Position numbers and translations under genes: made by a program | From: Leucoraja ocellata | Lineage: Eukaryota | Direction: 5' to 3' | DNA: 64,000 nucleotides | Assembly: GCA_036785375.1 (NCBI GenBank) | Contig: JAWMAR010001141.1 | Coordinates: forward strand, 62,001 to 126,000 | The notes under the pieces: generated by a model | Database searches by the model: none | Told to the model about the DNA's origin: nothing | The model's input: the letters and a program-made list of their open reading frames with translations, nothing else | In this document: one piece after another, positions 35,423 through 48,817 of the stretch | Layout: every line of letters starts with the position of its first letter | Position numbering within the stretch: the stretch's first letter is position 1

Positions 35423-38400
35423 ACCAAAGTGGTGAGGATATCTGGGTGATATGTTTGAGACCCTTGTGAAGATAAAGTGAATGAAGTCTTTGAACATTAA
35501 ATGTTTATAATCACGTTCTGTGTCACTTTAGTGACGTGTGGGAGATGCTTCAGTTCGGAACGATCTTGCTCTGTGTGGGGAGATTCTTGATTCGAATCCC
35601 AAACCTGAGATTTGAGCAAGGATCCTTCCTAAACCACCATAGATGGACCAAGCCCCTTGATCTAGACATGAGGCTCGCCCATTGAGATGTCAGCTCAGCG
35701 GTAGAGTTGCTGCCTCACAGCACAGTAGACGCGGGGTCGATCCTGATACCGGTGCTGTCAGTGCAGAGTCTGTACGTTCTCCATGTGATCGCAAGAGTTT
35801 ACTCTGGGTTCTCCAGTTTCCTCCCACATTCCAAAGACGTGCGGGTTTGTAGTAAGTTGCCCCTAGTGTGTAGAACAGAACTGGTGTATGGGGTGATCGC
35901 TGCTCAGAGCGGACTCGGTGGGCCAAAGGGCCCATTTCCATGCTGTATCTTTAAACTGAGCTGAATTGAACTGAACTAATTGGTTCTCAGGTGAGGCTGA
36001 GTTGGCTCTTCGAGTTACTAACCTGTTTGTAGGTGTTGAACCAGGAGACTCTGTGGAACTTGCTGCCTTGGTGGTTGGTGCATCTTGAGGCATGGTGGTC
36101 AGAATGGTTGTGGTGGAAGCCTTTGTGCTTATTGTTGCAGAGGTGGTGCTGACCATGTCTGGGTGGCTTGTTGGAGATCCTTGTGGAGATAAAGGGAATG
36201 ACGTTTTTGAACATTAAATGTCTGAAAGTACGTTCTGTGCCACTTTAGTGATGTGTGGGAGATGCCTCAGTCGGGAGCGCTCTTGCTCCGTGTGGGGAGA
36301 TTCCTGGGTTCAAATCCCAATCCAGAGATTTGAGCAAAGATCCTTCTGAGGCCACCATAGATGGACCAAGCCTCTTGATCTAGACCGGAGACTCACCCAT
36401 TAAGATGCCACCAGATGGTCACAAGCATTCAGAGACTTCTTTCATGCCCTTCAGAGTCCCACAGGCTGTGTTATCTGCCTGCTGCTAGAGTTAGGCACAT
36501 GTCTTCTACACTGGAGAAGAACTTGGGAGCGGGAGGATCCATGGACTATTTTCATTACGCGGACTGAATTGGAAATAATGCAATTTGGTTGGAGGTATCA
36601 CCTGAAACATTAACTCTCGTTCTCTCTCCACAGAAGCTGCCCGACCCGTTGAGTATCTCATCTTGTAGAGTTTGTGTGACTCAGTGTAAAGTCTATATCA
36701 CTCATCTCTTGAGGATTCTTAGTTCATTAGTTCATAAATGATAGGGGCAGATTGAGGCCATTTGGCCCATTGAGTCTATTCCACCTTTCAATCACGGCTG
36801 ATCTATCTCTCCCTCTCAACCCCATTCTCCTGCCTTCTCCCCATATCGCTTGACACCCGTACTAATTGAGAACCTGTCAATCTCCACCTGAAAATACCCA
36901 ATGACTTGGCCCTCATTGGAAACATGGTAAAAGCTTTTCCCTGTACCTCAGTACAGACGACAACAATAAACTGAGCTCATGAATCACCAAAGTTTGTGAG
37001 ACACAAGGAATTGCAGGTGCTGGAATTTTAAGCAAAACACAAAGTGCTGGAGTAACTCAGCAGGTCAGGCAGCATCCGTTGTAGAAATGAACTGACAATG
37101 TTTAGTGTTGGGTCCCTTCTTCAGATGTTGTGTGTGTGGTGGGTGTGACAGTGACGGGCAGGGGGAGAGGGTGAGGGGGCACCAGAGGTTCTGGCTGTTC
37201 CCCTGCTCCAGTGAGGGGCGGCAGAGGTTCTGGACCCGGAGCGATCGTCTTTGGGGAAATGAGCCGCCAGCAGTAGAACCGCCGGTCCCCATTGATGCCC
37301 CCCCCCCCCCACACACACACACACACACTGCTCCTGGGACAGTGGGCTCTTGGTGTGGCCCCATGGGCCGGGACCCCAGTAAATGTGCTCCCCCCTCCTT
37401 CACCCCGAACCCCCGGGGATGTGGCACCGAGTCACCGTCAGGACCGAGGCCGGGAATTCCCAGGCTGGAATGTTCACATCTGGGAGAGTGAGGAGAGATC
37501 GTCAACGTACCTTCAGAAACCGTCAATAAGATGGAGGTATTTTCATTGCTTGAAAATATTCCCTTTACAATCACACACCAGTAGCGTCCTTCATCACTCT
37601 TCTCCAGGTTGCCGATGGTGACTGAAACTATCCGATGTGTTTTGTTATCAGTCATCGATGTTCTCCCTCGTCGTGGGTGATCAGTAGAAACCACGGTAGA
37701 AGAAAACAGGTAATAATCACCTTTACTCCATAGCTTGTCGTTGTCTCTGTATTCCTGACCATACGGACATTCCACAGTGACCGACTGCCCCAACTCTCCC
37801 CTCACCTCCTTGGGTCCAGTTATTCCCCTTGACCCTGTGGGCACATTAATGATGAAAGATCACTCACACTGCAGTAACACAGGGGGCGGCAGAAGTTCTG
37901 GTCCCGGAGCGATCGTCTTCGAGGAAATGAGCCGTCAGCAACAGAACCGCCGGTAGATGGGACCTTCCGTGGGGCAGGTGTCTGACAGCCCCCCCCCCCC
38001 CCCCCCCCCCATATTGCTCCTGGGACAGTGAGCTCTTGGTGTGGCCCCACGGGCCGGGACCCCAGTAAGTGAGTTATCCACCCAACCCCCTTACCGCGAC
38101 CCCCCGGGTATGTGGCACCGAGTCACCGTCAGGACCGAGGCCGGGAATTCCCAGGCTGGAATTTTCACATCTGGGAGAGTGAGGAGAGATCGGCAACTTA
38201 CCTTCAGAAACCGTCAATGAGATGGAGGCCGAATCGTTTCCCTTTACAATCACACACCAGTAGAGTCCTTCATCACTCTTCTCCAGGTTGTCGATGGTGA
38301 CTAAAACTATCCGTTGTGTTTTGTCATCAGTCATCGATGTTCTCCCTCGTCGTTGGTCATCAGTAGAAACCACAATATAAGATTTCTGGTAATAATCACC

Positions 38401-41400
38401 TTTACTCCACAGCTTCCTGTTGTCTCTGTATTGCTGACCATACTGACATTCCACTGTGACCGACTGCCCCAACTCTCCCCTCACCTCCACGGGTCCAGTT
38501 ATTCCCCTTGACCCTGTTGGCACATTAATGATGAAAGATCACTCACACTGCAGCAACACAAGCTGAGGTTTAACAATAAAAAACATGTAATTTCTGCTGC
38601 TCAGACAGGTTCATGGTTTCGCATAGATCATGTGTAGCAAGGAACTGCAGGTGCTGGTTTACACCAAAGATAGACACAAAGAGCCGGAGTAACTCAGCGG
38701 GACAGGCAGCATCTCTGGAGAAACCGACAGGTGATGTTTCCTCGCCCATTTCCTTCTCTCCAGAGATGCTGCCCGTCCCGCTGAGTTACTGCAGGATTTT
38801 GTGTCTCTCTTCTTCTGCATAGATCCTGTTGCACTTTAATGCTTTTCCCGCTGGTGTTAATTCCCATTTCACCGGGATTATTCCCCAAATTCCAGTGAAA
38901 GCAGAACTGAGTTCCTTCTTGAACACTTTGTCTACTCCACTGCGATATCTATCTTCCAGCATCTGCAGATCCTTCTTGAACACTGCTTCTGAATCTACCT
39001 GGCACCCAGATCCTCCTTCCCTGTGGGCGTGGCTTGACCTGAGTGGTGGTCATGTGACAGGAAGCCAACCTGTCACTCACTTGACCCACCCTGTGTTCAA
39101 TCTCACTACAACCCACTTCCCCATTGAACTAGTAGAAACAAGGAACTGCAGATGCTGTTAATGTACAAAGGACACAAGTTGCCGGAGTAACACAACGGGA
39201 CAGGAACTATCTCTGGAGAAAGAGGAACTCTCTGGGTGAAAAGATATTTCCTCATCTGAGTCCACAATGGCCTTCCCGTTATTGAGGTCACAACCTTAAA
39301 CTGGACAGGAACTATCTCTGGAGAAAGTGGATAGGTGACGATTCATAGAACATATAAACATAGAAAATAGGCGCAGGAGGGAGACGATTCGGCCCTTCGA
39401 GCCGGCACTGCCCAGTTCTGCTTGCTCCCGTGATCCCATGATTCCATTAGCCCTAGAGCTAAATCTAACTCTCTCTTGAATACATCCAGTGAATTGGCCT
39501 CCACTGCCCTCTGTGGCAGAGAATTCTACAGATTCACAACTCTCTGGGTGAAAAGGTTTCTACCCCATCTTAACTTAGTTGTGTGTGTTAGTTGTCTGTG
39601 CATCGTGTGTGTGTGTGGGAGGGAGGGAGGGAAGTAGAGAAAGAAGGGATGGAGCGAATGAGAGAAAGGAAAAGAGCGGAAGGAGGGAGGGAGAGGGATG
39701 CCAGGGTCGGGGCAGATGGGTGTGAGGTGAGGCCGATGTTTGTATACGATGCCCCAGCCCCCGGCCCAGCCCTCCGTGTAATTGTTCACCGCCTCTCCCC
39801 GGGAGAGAGAGGGTGGAGCCGGGGCTGTGTGCGTGAAGCACGGCGACTGGAGGGGCAGGAGCGCTGCGGAGTGAACGACCCACCTCCCCCTCTCCCCCTT
39901 CTCCATTCCCCTCACACCCCCTCCCTGTCTACCCCTTTCTTCCCCCTCCACCCCTCTACTCTCTCTCCACCCGGGGTAGATCTACCCGTCGAGAGTAGGT
40001 TACACTGGCGCGGGGCCTCCTTACTCGCGGGGTACAATTGGGAGCAATCGATCCAATCGGCTTAAGGCCGGCCCTGGGTATTCAGTATTCAGTATTTACT
40101 TTAATGTCATTTTAACTTACATACACAGAAGAAACTAAAAATTGTTTCCAATCAGTTCCCGTAAGTGCAGTTAATAAAAACAGAATAAATACATATAGAT
40201 TTAAAATTAAAATTAACATATCTAAAATAGGCCTAAAAATTGAAATAAAAACAGGCATTCAGACCGAACAGTGGCTTTGCTTGGACAGGTGCCTAGCTGT
40301 CAAAAGTATAGGCGAGGTTAGATGTGTTGGTGTATGATGTATGGGGAGGGGACACAGTCCGTTAACCAGTCTTATTGCTGTGGGAAGAAGCTGTGAGCAT
40401 CCTGCTGGTTTTACATAGAAACATAGAAATTAGGTGCAGGAGTAGGCCATTCGGCCCTTCGAGCCTGCACCGCCATTCAATATGATCATGGCTGATCATC
40501 CAACTCAATATCCCGTACCTGCCTTCTCTCCATACCCCCTGATCCCCTTAGCCACAAGGGCCACATCTAACTCCCTCTTAAATATAGCCAATGAACTGGC
40601 CTCAACTACCCTCTGTGGCAGAGAGTTCCAGAGATTCACCACTCTCTGAGTGAAAAAAGTTCTTCTCATCCTGGTTTTAAAGGATTTCCCCTTTATCCTT
40701 AAGCTGTGACCCCTTGTCCTGGACTTCCCCAACATCGGGTACAATCTTCCTGCATCTAGCCTGTCCAACCCCTTAAGAATTTTGTAAGTTTCTATAAGAT
40801 CCCCTCTCAATCTTCTAAATTCTAGAGAGTATAAACCAAGTCGATCCAGTCTTTCTTCATAAGACAGTTTTGCAGCTGATGCTCCCCCTGTACCTCTTAC
40901 CAGGTGGCAGAATGGAGAAGATGTGGTGTGATGGATGATAGGGGTCCTTAATAATGGAGATGGCTCTGCTGATGTTACGCTTCTGATAGATCTCCAACAG
41001 GAAAGGGAGTGGAGCACCAATGATCCTACTGGCTGTCTTCACTATCCTGTTAAGTTGCTTTTGTTCATAAGCCTTGCAGCTCCCAAACCAGGAAGTGATG
41101 CCGTGGGTCAGTATATTCTCGATGGTGCCCCTGTAGAAGGACCTTAGGTGAACAGTAGGGAGACCTGCTTTACTTAGTCTCCGGAGAGGGTGGGACCCTC
41201 TGGATACATGGATAGGACAGATTTGAAGGGACTTGGACCAAACATGGACAGGTGGGACTAGTGTTGCTGAGACATGTTGGGCGGTGTGGGCAAGTTGGGC
41301 CGAAGGGCCTGTTTCCACACTGTATCACTCTATGACTCTAACACATGTGAAACTCTGCAGATTCAGGAGCTAGGGTGGAGACACATCATCACAACAGTCC

Positions 41401-42723
41401 AGGTCAGCTCACAAGCCACAAGACAAATGCCTTGAAGGAGAACTCAGAGGCTGGGGAAAGCAAAGTGTGCAGATCAGCTCGAGCAGCAGAGTCTGTTGTA
41501 AGGCAGCTGGTTTTTCTTAGAAGGGAGAGATTACCACAACTTCTCCAAATGCTAAATTGGACAGTCACTCTGGTGCTTCCTCATTTGAGATGACGCCCGT
41601 TCCTAATGGCTGGCTTTCACAGGTTTTTTCTTTGAATGTGCTAAGGTTTATGTTCAACATTTCCCATTGCAGTGCGTGGAGGGAGTGCCGTGTGTCTTTG
41701 ATAGACACTAAATGCTGGAGTAACGCAGCGGGTCAGGGGGCATCTCTGGATAGAAGGAATGGGTGACGTTTCGGGTCGAGACCTTTCTTCAGACCAACAG
41801 TCAGAGAGGGAGGAAGTCAAGAGAATATGCAAGGGGTAAAGCATTTAGCTGATCTGCTGTCAAGTCACTGAGCACACAGCATCACAACAGTCATTAGTGC
41901 AGGGAAGAACAAGTCTGCAAGCATTTTATCTTTAGCAGTTCGTAGCCCAGTTGTCTGCTCTGTGGCTCAAAATAATTCAAGGTGCTGGCAAATAATTCTG
42001 AAGAACAGATCATAAGTTCATTAGTACTAGGAGCAGAATTAGGCCATTTGGCCCATCAAGTCTACTCTCCCCCATTCAATTATGGCTGATCTATCTTTCC
42101 CTCTCAACTAAATCCTCCTGCCTTTTCCCCAGGTCTCCTGACACCAGTACTGATCAAGAATCTATCCATCTCAGCCTTAGAAATACCTATTGATGGCCTC
42201 CGCAGTCTGTGGCAATGAATTCCACAGTTTCTGTCTCACAAAATTCCTCCTCATCTCCTTCCTAAAGCAACGCCCTTTAATTCTGAAGCTGCGACCTCTG
42301 GTCCTAGAGTCTCCCACTAGTGTAAACATCTTCACCCCATCCACTCTATCCAGGCCTTTCACTATTCAGTAAGTTTCAATGAGGTCCACAAGGCAAGGCA
42401 AGCTGTAGATAGTTATCTCCCTTCTCCACAGGGAGCTAGCTGTGTGCGACTTGGCTGCACACAACACGACAACAACCGCTGATGGAAGTCTCTACAGGAA
42501 CTAACGAGTGTTGAGCAATTCATCATCAGCTCCCCACACAGTACAGAGAGGTCTGTGGTTACAAATAATTCAAGGCGTTGGTAAATAATTCTAAAGAACA
42601 GAGCATTTTGTAAAACAACGATTTACCTGGTGTGAGACCAACAGCGACAAGAACCAACAGAGCGACTGTTCCCCTGGATCTGGGCCGTCTCTGGTGGGTG
42701 AATTCTCCCTGTCCCACCGCCAT
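34228..42723 (-). CDS. Gene 3: activating-type CD300/pIgR-like receptor, about 334 aa. Exons 42627-42723 (leader), 38202-38513 (Va), 37511-37834 (Vb), 36023-36179 (stalk), 34228-34342 (Arg-TM + TGA); possible extra tail exon 32832-32934
   Basis: Leader MAVGQGEFTHQRRPRSRGTVALLVLVAVGLTPG|gtaaat is phase 1. V and stalk exons are open with matching phases. TM exon reads DTMLNIVCRVWGVLRWVLFGILLLFPVSISCVTTLKR* (intramembrane Arg, no ITIM). Confidence 0.8.
34971..35462 (-). pseudogene. Degenerate second stalk exon interrupted by an HE1 SINE (paralog 54309-54793)
   Basis: Same acceptor context (cactttatcttcacaag) and gtcagt donor as the functional stalk, Thr-rich coding remnant, SINE in the middle and shifted end phase. 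Confidence 0.7.
37511..37834 (-). CDS. Gene 3 V-set Ig exon Vb
   Basis: ORF 37065..37844; 324 nt, phase 1-1, canonical Ig Cys/Trp/YWC. Confidence 0.92.
38202..38513 (-). CDS. Gene 3 V-set Ig exon Va (12-nt in-frame deletion in FG loop)
   Basis: ORF 38074..38523; 312 nt, donor gtaagt. Confidence 0.92.
40078..41190 (-). mobile_element. Rex1/Babar-clade LINE 3' fragment (paralog about 62465-63010; missing from unit 1)
   Basis: LRRL.KAGLP...FYRGTIESILT.GITSWFGSC...HPSH.IFSILP.GKRYRS...SFFPQAIRL; (actgaat)n tail. Confidence 0.85.
40413..40866 (-). mobile_element. Young HER1/CR1 insertion nested in the Rex element
   Basis: TSD gtttt; empty site at about 62685; (tttctatg)n tail. Confidence 0.9.
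42627..42723 (-). CDS. Gene 3 signal-peptide exon
   Basis: acATGG start, basic n-region then VALLVLVAVGLTPG, phase-1 donor CAG|gtaaat; GAGGAAGAGG Ets-like box about 55 nt upstream. Confidence 0.65.
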
Positions 42724-45537
42724 GTCTCGGCTACGTTGGATCGGTTTGGTCCCTGCACTGCGTTTGAGTTGTCCTCTTCCTCATTCACAACTGAAGTCAA
42801 ACAGTCAATTTCCGTTTACACAGGAAACGACTTTGCAGTGGTTCAAGACTAACTTGGTGACTCACTTGTCACCTCCCCCAGCCTCCTCACCACAGACCCC
42901 TATCAGGAGTGGGCTACAACACTCTCCAGTTGCCTGGATTGGAGCATCTCCTCGAAGCTCTGCTTCATCCTGGTGACGTTTGCCCACTTGACTGGCGCTC
43001 TGTCCACCACCGCAAACATTCCCTTGCCCACCCCCTCAACCCCCTCCCCCAAATGCGGGCACACTGTGTCTGAACTTGTATGGGATTAAGAGGCAGAGAT
43101 CAGCCATGTTTGAATGGCGGAGTAGACTGGATGGGACGAATGGCCAAATTCTACTCCTGGAATGTGTGAACTTGTGATCTGTTTACCCACCACAAAATGC
43201 GCGTCACTAATTTGTCCAGCCTTCCTCAGCTTCTCATCTGTTGAAACAATACCCAGGAGAAAAAAGACACCAACGGAACGGAGATGAGGAAACACTTTAT
43301 CACCCAGTGAGTTGTGAGTCTGTGGAATTCTCTGCCTCAGAGAGCGGTGGATGCCGGTTCTCTGGACACTTTCAAGAGTGAGCTAGATAGGGCTCTTAAA
43401 GATAGCAGAGTCAGGGGATAAGGGGAGAAGGCAGGAACGGGGATTGTGGATGATCAGCCATGATCACATTGAATGGTGATGCTGGCTCGAAGGGCCGAAT
43501 GGCCTACTCCTGCACCTATTGTCTGTTGTCTATTGTCAAATGCGAACTGATGTCAACTCACGTCACCAGATAAACTCCTTGAAAGACAATTCAAATACTT
43601 GAGCATCGGAAACTGGGTAAAGCTGAGTTTGAGGATGTGATTCATAAAATCATAGAGTGATACAGCAGGGAAACAGCTTGCCCAATGCTGATCAAGATGT
43701 CCCATGTACGCTGGTCCCTCTTTAGTTTAGTTTAGTTTAGAGATACAGTGGGGAAACAAACCCTCCGGCCCACCGTGTCCGCACCGTCCAGTGATCCCCG
43801 CACAGCAACACAAATGTTTACATTTACACCAACCCAATTAACCTACAAACCTGTATGTCTTTGGAGTGTGGGAGGAAACTGAAGTTCTCGGAGAAAACCC
43901 ACGCAGGTCACTGGGAGAAAGTACAGACTATGTACAGACAAGCACCTGTAGCCAGGATCGAACCCGGGTATCTGGCACTGTTATACAATGTAAGGCAGCA
44001 ACTCTACTGCTGTGCCACCGTAAAAACCAGGCCTGCATTTGACCCCTGTCCTTACAAACCTTTCCTATCCACGTACCTTGTCCTAATGCTTTTCAATGTT
44101 GTTACCAGTACCAGTCTCCACTAGCTCCTCTGGACATGTTCCTTCCATGTACCCATCAGCTTCTGTGAGATAATATTGTTGAGGTAGGATTAGGGTTGTG
44201 TGAGGGGAGAAGATAAAGGAGATTGCATATACTAGAATCTGGAACAATAGGCAGAACAGCTGAAAAACTCAACGGGTCAAGCAGCATCTGTGAAGGCAAA
44301 AAGTGTATGTTTGTATTCCGGCCGATACACTACCTCGGGACTGAGGGTAAAAACTGGATCTTTACCGATATAAGAGGAGATGGGTCAAACGGGGGCAAGT
44401 GGGACTAGTGGACTAGGACGGCACGGTGGAACAGTGGTAGACCTGCTGACTTACAGCACTTACAGTCGGGTTTGATCCCGACTACGGGTGCTGTCTGTAT
44501 GGAGTTTGTACGTTCTCCACGTGACCGCCTGGGTTTTCTCCGAGATCTTCAGTTTCCTTCCACACTCCAAAAACGTATAGGTTTGTAGGTTAGTTGGCTT
44601 GGAATAAGTGTAAATAGTCCCTAGTGCGTGTAGGATAGTGTTAATGTGCGGGGATTGCTGTTTGGTGCGGACTCGGTGGGCCGAAGGGCCAGTTTCCACG
44701 CTGTACCTCTATACTAAACTAGTGCAGGTGGGCAGTTTGGTCAGCATGGTCAAGTTGGGAAGAAGGGCCTGTTTCTGTGCTATATGACTCTATGAGTTTA
44801 ACTCTGGTGCCAGTGCCCCGCCCTGCTCTGCCCCACTCACCCTGGCAATGTGACATGTGGGTGGATTTGGACTTGACCATAGTTCTCCACACCTCACAGA
44901 CCTGATAACCCACCCTGCATAGTCATACCAACCCTAACCCGAAGAACCAATGACTTGGTTTCAAAATATTTACACTGGTGTTCAAATCTTCTTATCAACT
45001 TCACAACTTCCTATTTCTCAAAAACAGACATGTAATGCTGGAGTAAATGGGCCAGGCAGCATCTCCAGAGAACATGGATAGGTGACGTTTTGGGTTGGGA
45101 CCCTTCTTCAGGCTGATTGTGGTAGGGGGGAGAGAGCTGGGAGAGAGGTGGGGGAAGGATGATGCCTGGCAAGTGATAGGTGGATACAGGTGAGGGAGGG
45201 AGGGTTATTGGCTGATGGGTGGATGAAGGCCAGTGATGGAAAGAAGATAAAAGGCTGTGAGATATGGAGAGAAGAGGCATGAAATGTGAAGCTGGAAGAA
45301 AGGATATATATATATGTGGAAAGGGACGGAGGTTAGTGGAAAGGATTGTTGTGGGTTAGTTACTTAAAACTAGAAAATTCAATGTTCCCACCATTGGGTT
45401 GCAATCTACCCGAGCAGACTATCAGATATTACTGCATCTGTACTTCCTTGTGGCTTCCTGTTTCTCAACCTATTTTGACGTGAGTTGCTCACATTGTGTT
45501 GTAACACTGCTACACTGGAGATGGAGAGGCTTGTTCT

Positions 45538-45965
45538 AACATAGAAACATAGAAATTAGGTGCAGGAGTAGGCCATTCGGCCCTTCGAGCCTGCACCGCC
45601 ATTTAATATGATCATGGCTGATCATCCAACTCAGTATCCCGTACCTGCCTTTTCTCCATACCCTCTGATCCCCTTGGCCACAAGGGCCACATCTAACTCC
45701 CTCTTAAATATAGCCAATGAACTGGCCTCAACTACCCTCTGTGGCAGAGAGTTCCAGAGATTCACCACTCTCTGTGTGAAAAAAGTTCTCCTCATCTCGG
45801 TTTTAAAGGATTTCCCCCTTATCCTTAAGCTGTGACCCCTTGTCCTGGACTTCCCCAACATCGGAAACAATTTTCCTGCATCTAGCCTGTCCAACCCCTT
45901 AAGAATTTTCTAAGTTTCTATAAGATCCCCTCTCAATCTCCTAAACTCTAGAGAGTATAAACCAA
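45538..45965 (-). mobile_element. Young HER1/CR1 insertion
   Basis: TSD gttct; empty site at about 27150. Confidence 0.9.
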
Positions 45966-47574
45966 GTTCTGGGTGATATTTGTGGGGTTGGGTTAGCTGT
46001 AGGTGGAACTGCAACCGCCCCCAGAGACCCCGGTTCGATTCTGATCTCCGGCGCTATCAGTAAGGAGTTTGCACGTTCTCCCTGTGACAGCGTGGGTCTC
46101 CTCTGGGTGCACCGGCTTCCTCCCACATCCCAAAGACGTGTGGCTCTGTAGGTTAATTGGCCCTCTTGTCAAATTGCACTCAATGTGTAGGGAGTGCATG
46201 CAAACGTGGTGTGTGGATGTGGGACTAGTGTGAGCGGGCGATCGATGGTCAGCATGGACTCGGTGGGCCGAAGGGTCTGTTTCCATGGTGTATATCTAAC
46301 CAGCATGTGATTCGATGCCAAATTCCACCTGACAATGGTGCTGTGAAGAATCTCGAGACTTTTACACACCTTTATGGCACCGTTGATATGTAAGTTGCAG
46401 ATGCATTATTGCAAAGAATTGCTCAATAAACCTTTAGTCAGAGGGTGATGAATCTGTGAAACTCAATATACAATAGACAATAGGTGCAGGAGTAGGCCAT
46501 CCGGCCCCTCGAGCCAAAACCACCATTCAATATGATCATGGCTGATCATCCCCAATCAGTACCCCGTTCCTGCCCTTTCCCCAGATCCCCTGACTCTGCT
46601 ATCTTCAAGAGGCCTATCTAGCTCTCTCTTGAAAGTATCCAGAGAACATCTGTGGATATTTTTACGGGAGACATAGACAATAGGTGCAGTAGTAGGCCAT
46701 TTGGCCCTTCTAGCTAGCACCGCCGTTCAATGTGATCATGGCTGATCATCCCCAATCAATTCGGCTATTTCATCTTTTATAATTGACTCCAGCATCTTCC
46801 CCACCACCGATGTCAGACTAATTGGTCTATAATTCCCCGTTTTCTCTTTCCCGCATTTCTTAAAAAGTTTGATAACATTAGCTACCCTCCAATCCACAGG
46901 AACGGATCTTGAGTCTATAGAAAATTATCACCAATGCATCCACGATTTCTAGAGGCACTTCCTTAAGTACCCTGGGATGCAGACCATCAGGCCCTGGGGA
47001 TTTAGCAGCCTTCAGTCCCATCAGTCTATCCTGCCTATTGTGGATTTCCTTCAGTTCCTCTGTCACCCCCAGATCCTCTGGCCACTACTATATCATGAAG
47101 ATTCTTTGTGTCCTCCTTAGTGAAGACAGATCCAAAGTATCTGTTCATCTCATCTGCCATTTCCTTGTTCCCCATAATAAATTCACCTTTATCGGTGGAT
47201 AGATGGATTCTTTCGGATTAATTAGTCTGAATTTAATTAGTACAGGTGTCAGAGGTTATGGGGAGAGGCAGGAAAATTGGGTTAGGAGGGAGAGATGGAT
47301 CGGCCATGATTGAATGGCGCAGTAGACTTGATGGACCGAATAGCCTATGTCCTACAGTGGTATAGGACAGGCAGCACACCCTCCCCACTGACGATCAAGG
47401 AACCTCTGTGTGAATATAGATGAACAGATCAATCCAGGTCATGTTCATAAGTTATAAGAGCAGAATTAGGACATTCGGCCCATCAAGTCCCATTAGGACA
47501 TTCGGCCCATCTATCTTTCCCTCTTGACCCCATTCTCCTGCCTTCTCCCCATAACCCCTGACACCCGTACTAAT

Positions 47575-48817
47575 TTGAGGATGTAACTAGTAGCGTGGAT
47601 AGGGGAGAACCAGTGGATGTGGTGTATCTGGACTTCCAGAAGGCTTTCGACAAGGTCCCACATAAGAGATTAGTATACAAACTTAAAGCACATGGCATTG
47701 GGGGTTCAGTATTGATGTGGATAGAGAACTGGCTGGCAAACAGGAAGAGTAGGAGTAAACGGGTCCTTTTCACAATGGCAGGCAGTGACTAGTGGGGTAC
47801 CGCAAGGCTCAGTACTGGGACCCCAGCTATTTACAATATATATTAATGATCTGGATGAGGGAATTGAAGGCAATATCTCCAAATTTGCGGATGACACTAT
47901 GCTGGGGGGCAGTGTTAGGTGTGAGGAGGATGCTAGGAGACTGCAAGGTGACTTGGATAGGCTGGGTGAGTGGGCAAATGTTTGGCAGATGCAGTTTAAT
48001 GTGGATAAATGTGAGGTTATCCATTTTGGTGGCAAAAACGGGAAAGCAGATTATTATCTAAACGGTGGCCGATTGGGAAAGGGGGAGATGCAGCGAGACC
48101 TGGGTGTCATGGTACACCAGTCATTGAAGGTAGGCATGCAGGTGCAGCAGGCAGTAAAGAAAGCGAATGGCATGTTGGCTTTCATAGCAAGAGGATTTGA
48201 GTATAGGAGCAGGGAGGTTCTACTGCAGTTGTATAGGGTCTTGGTGAGACCACACCTGGAGTATTGCGTGCAGTTTTGGTCTCCAAATCTGAGGAAGGAC
48301 ATTATTGCCATAGAGGGAGTGCAGAGAAGGTTCACCAGACTGATTACTGGGATGTCAGGACTGTCTTATGAAGAAAGACTGGATAGACTTGGTTTATACT
48401 CTCTAGAGTTTAGGAGATTGAGAGGGGATCTTATAGAAACTTACAAAATTCTTAAGGGGTTGGACAGGCTAGATGCAGGAAGATTGTTCCCGATGTTGGG
48501 GAAGTCCAGGACAAGGGGTCACAGCTTAAGGATAAGGGGGAAATCCTTTAAAACCGAGATGAGGAGAACTTTTTTCACACAGAGAGTGGTGAATCTCTGG
48601 AACTCTCTGCCACAGAGGGTAGTTGAGGCCAGTTCATTGGCTATATTTAAGAGGGAGTTAGATGTGGCCCTTGTGGCCAAGGGGATCAGAGGGTATGGAG
48701 AGAAGGCAGGTACGGGATACTGAGTTGGATGATCAGCCATGATCATATTAAATGGCGGTGCAGGCTCGAAGGGCCGAATGGTCTACTCCTGCACCTAATT
48801 TCTATGTTTCTATGTTT
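47575..48817 (+). mobile_element. Young 5'-truncated HER1/CR1 LINE with an open 312-aa RT C-terminal ORF
   Basis: ORF 47785..48723 (GVPQGSVLGP, FADDT, RPHLEYCVQFW); TSD ctaat; empty site at about 30015. Confidence 0.95.

Noticed and set aside
37065-37510. Long C-terminal extension of the 259-aa V ORF (and similar read-throughs after other V exons)
   Set aside because: Intron read-through past a conserved GAAG|gtacgt donor; the frame changes with poly-G length between copies.
47785-48723. 312-aa ORF as a host gene or autonomous retroelement
   Set aside because: It is the C-terminal part of CR1 ORF2 in a 5'-truncated insertion lacking the endonuclease and the N-terminal RT.
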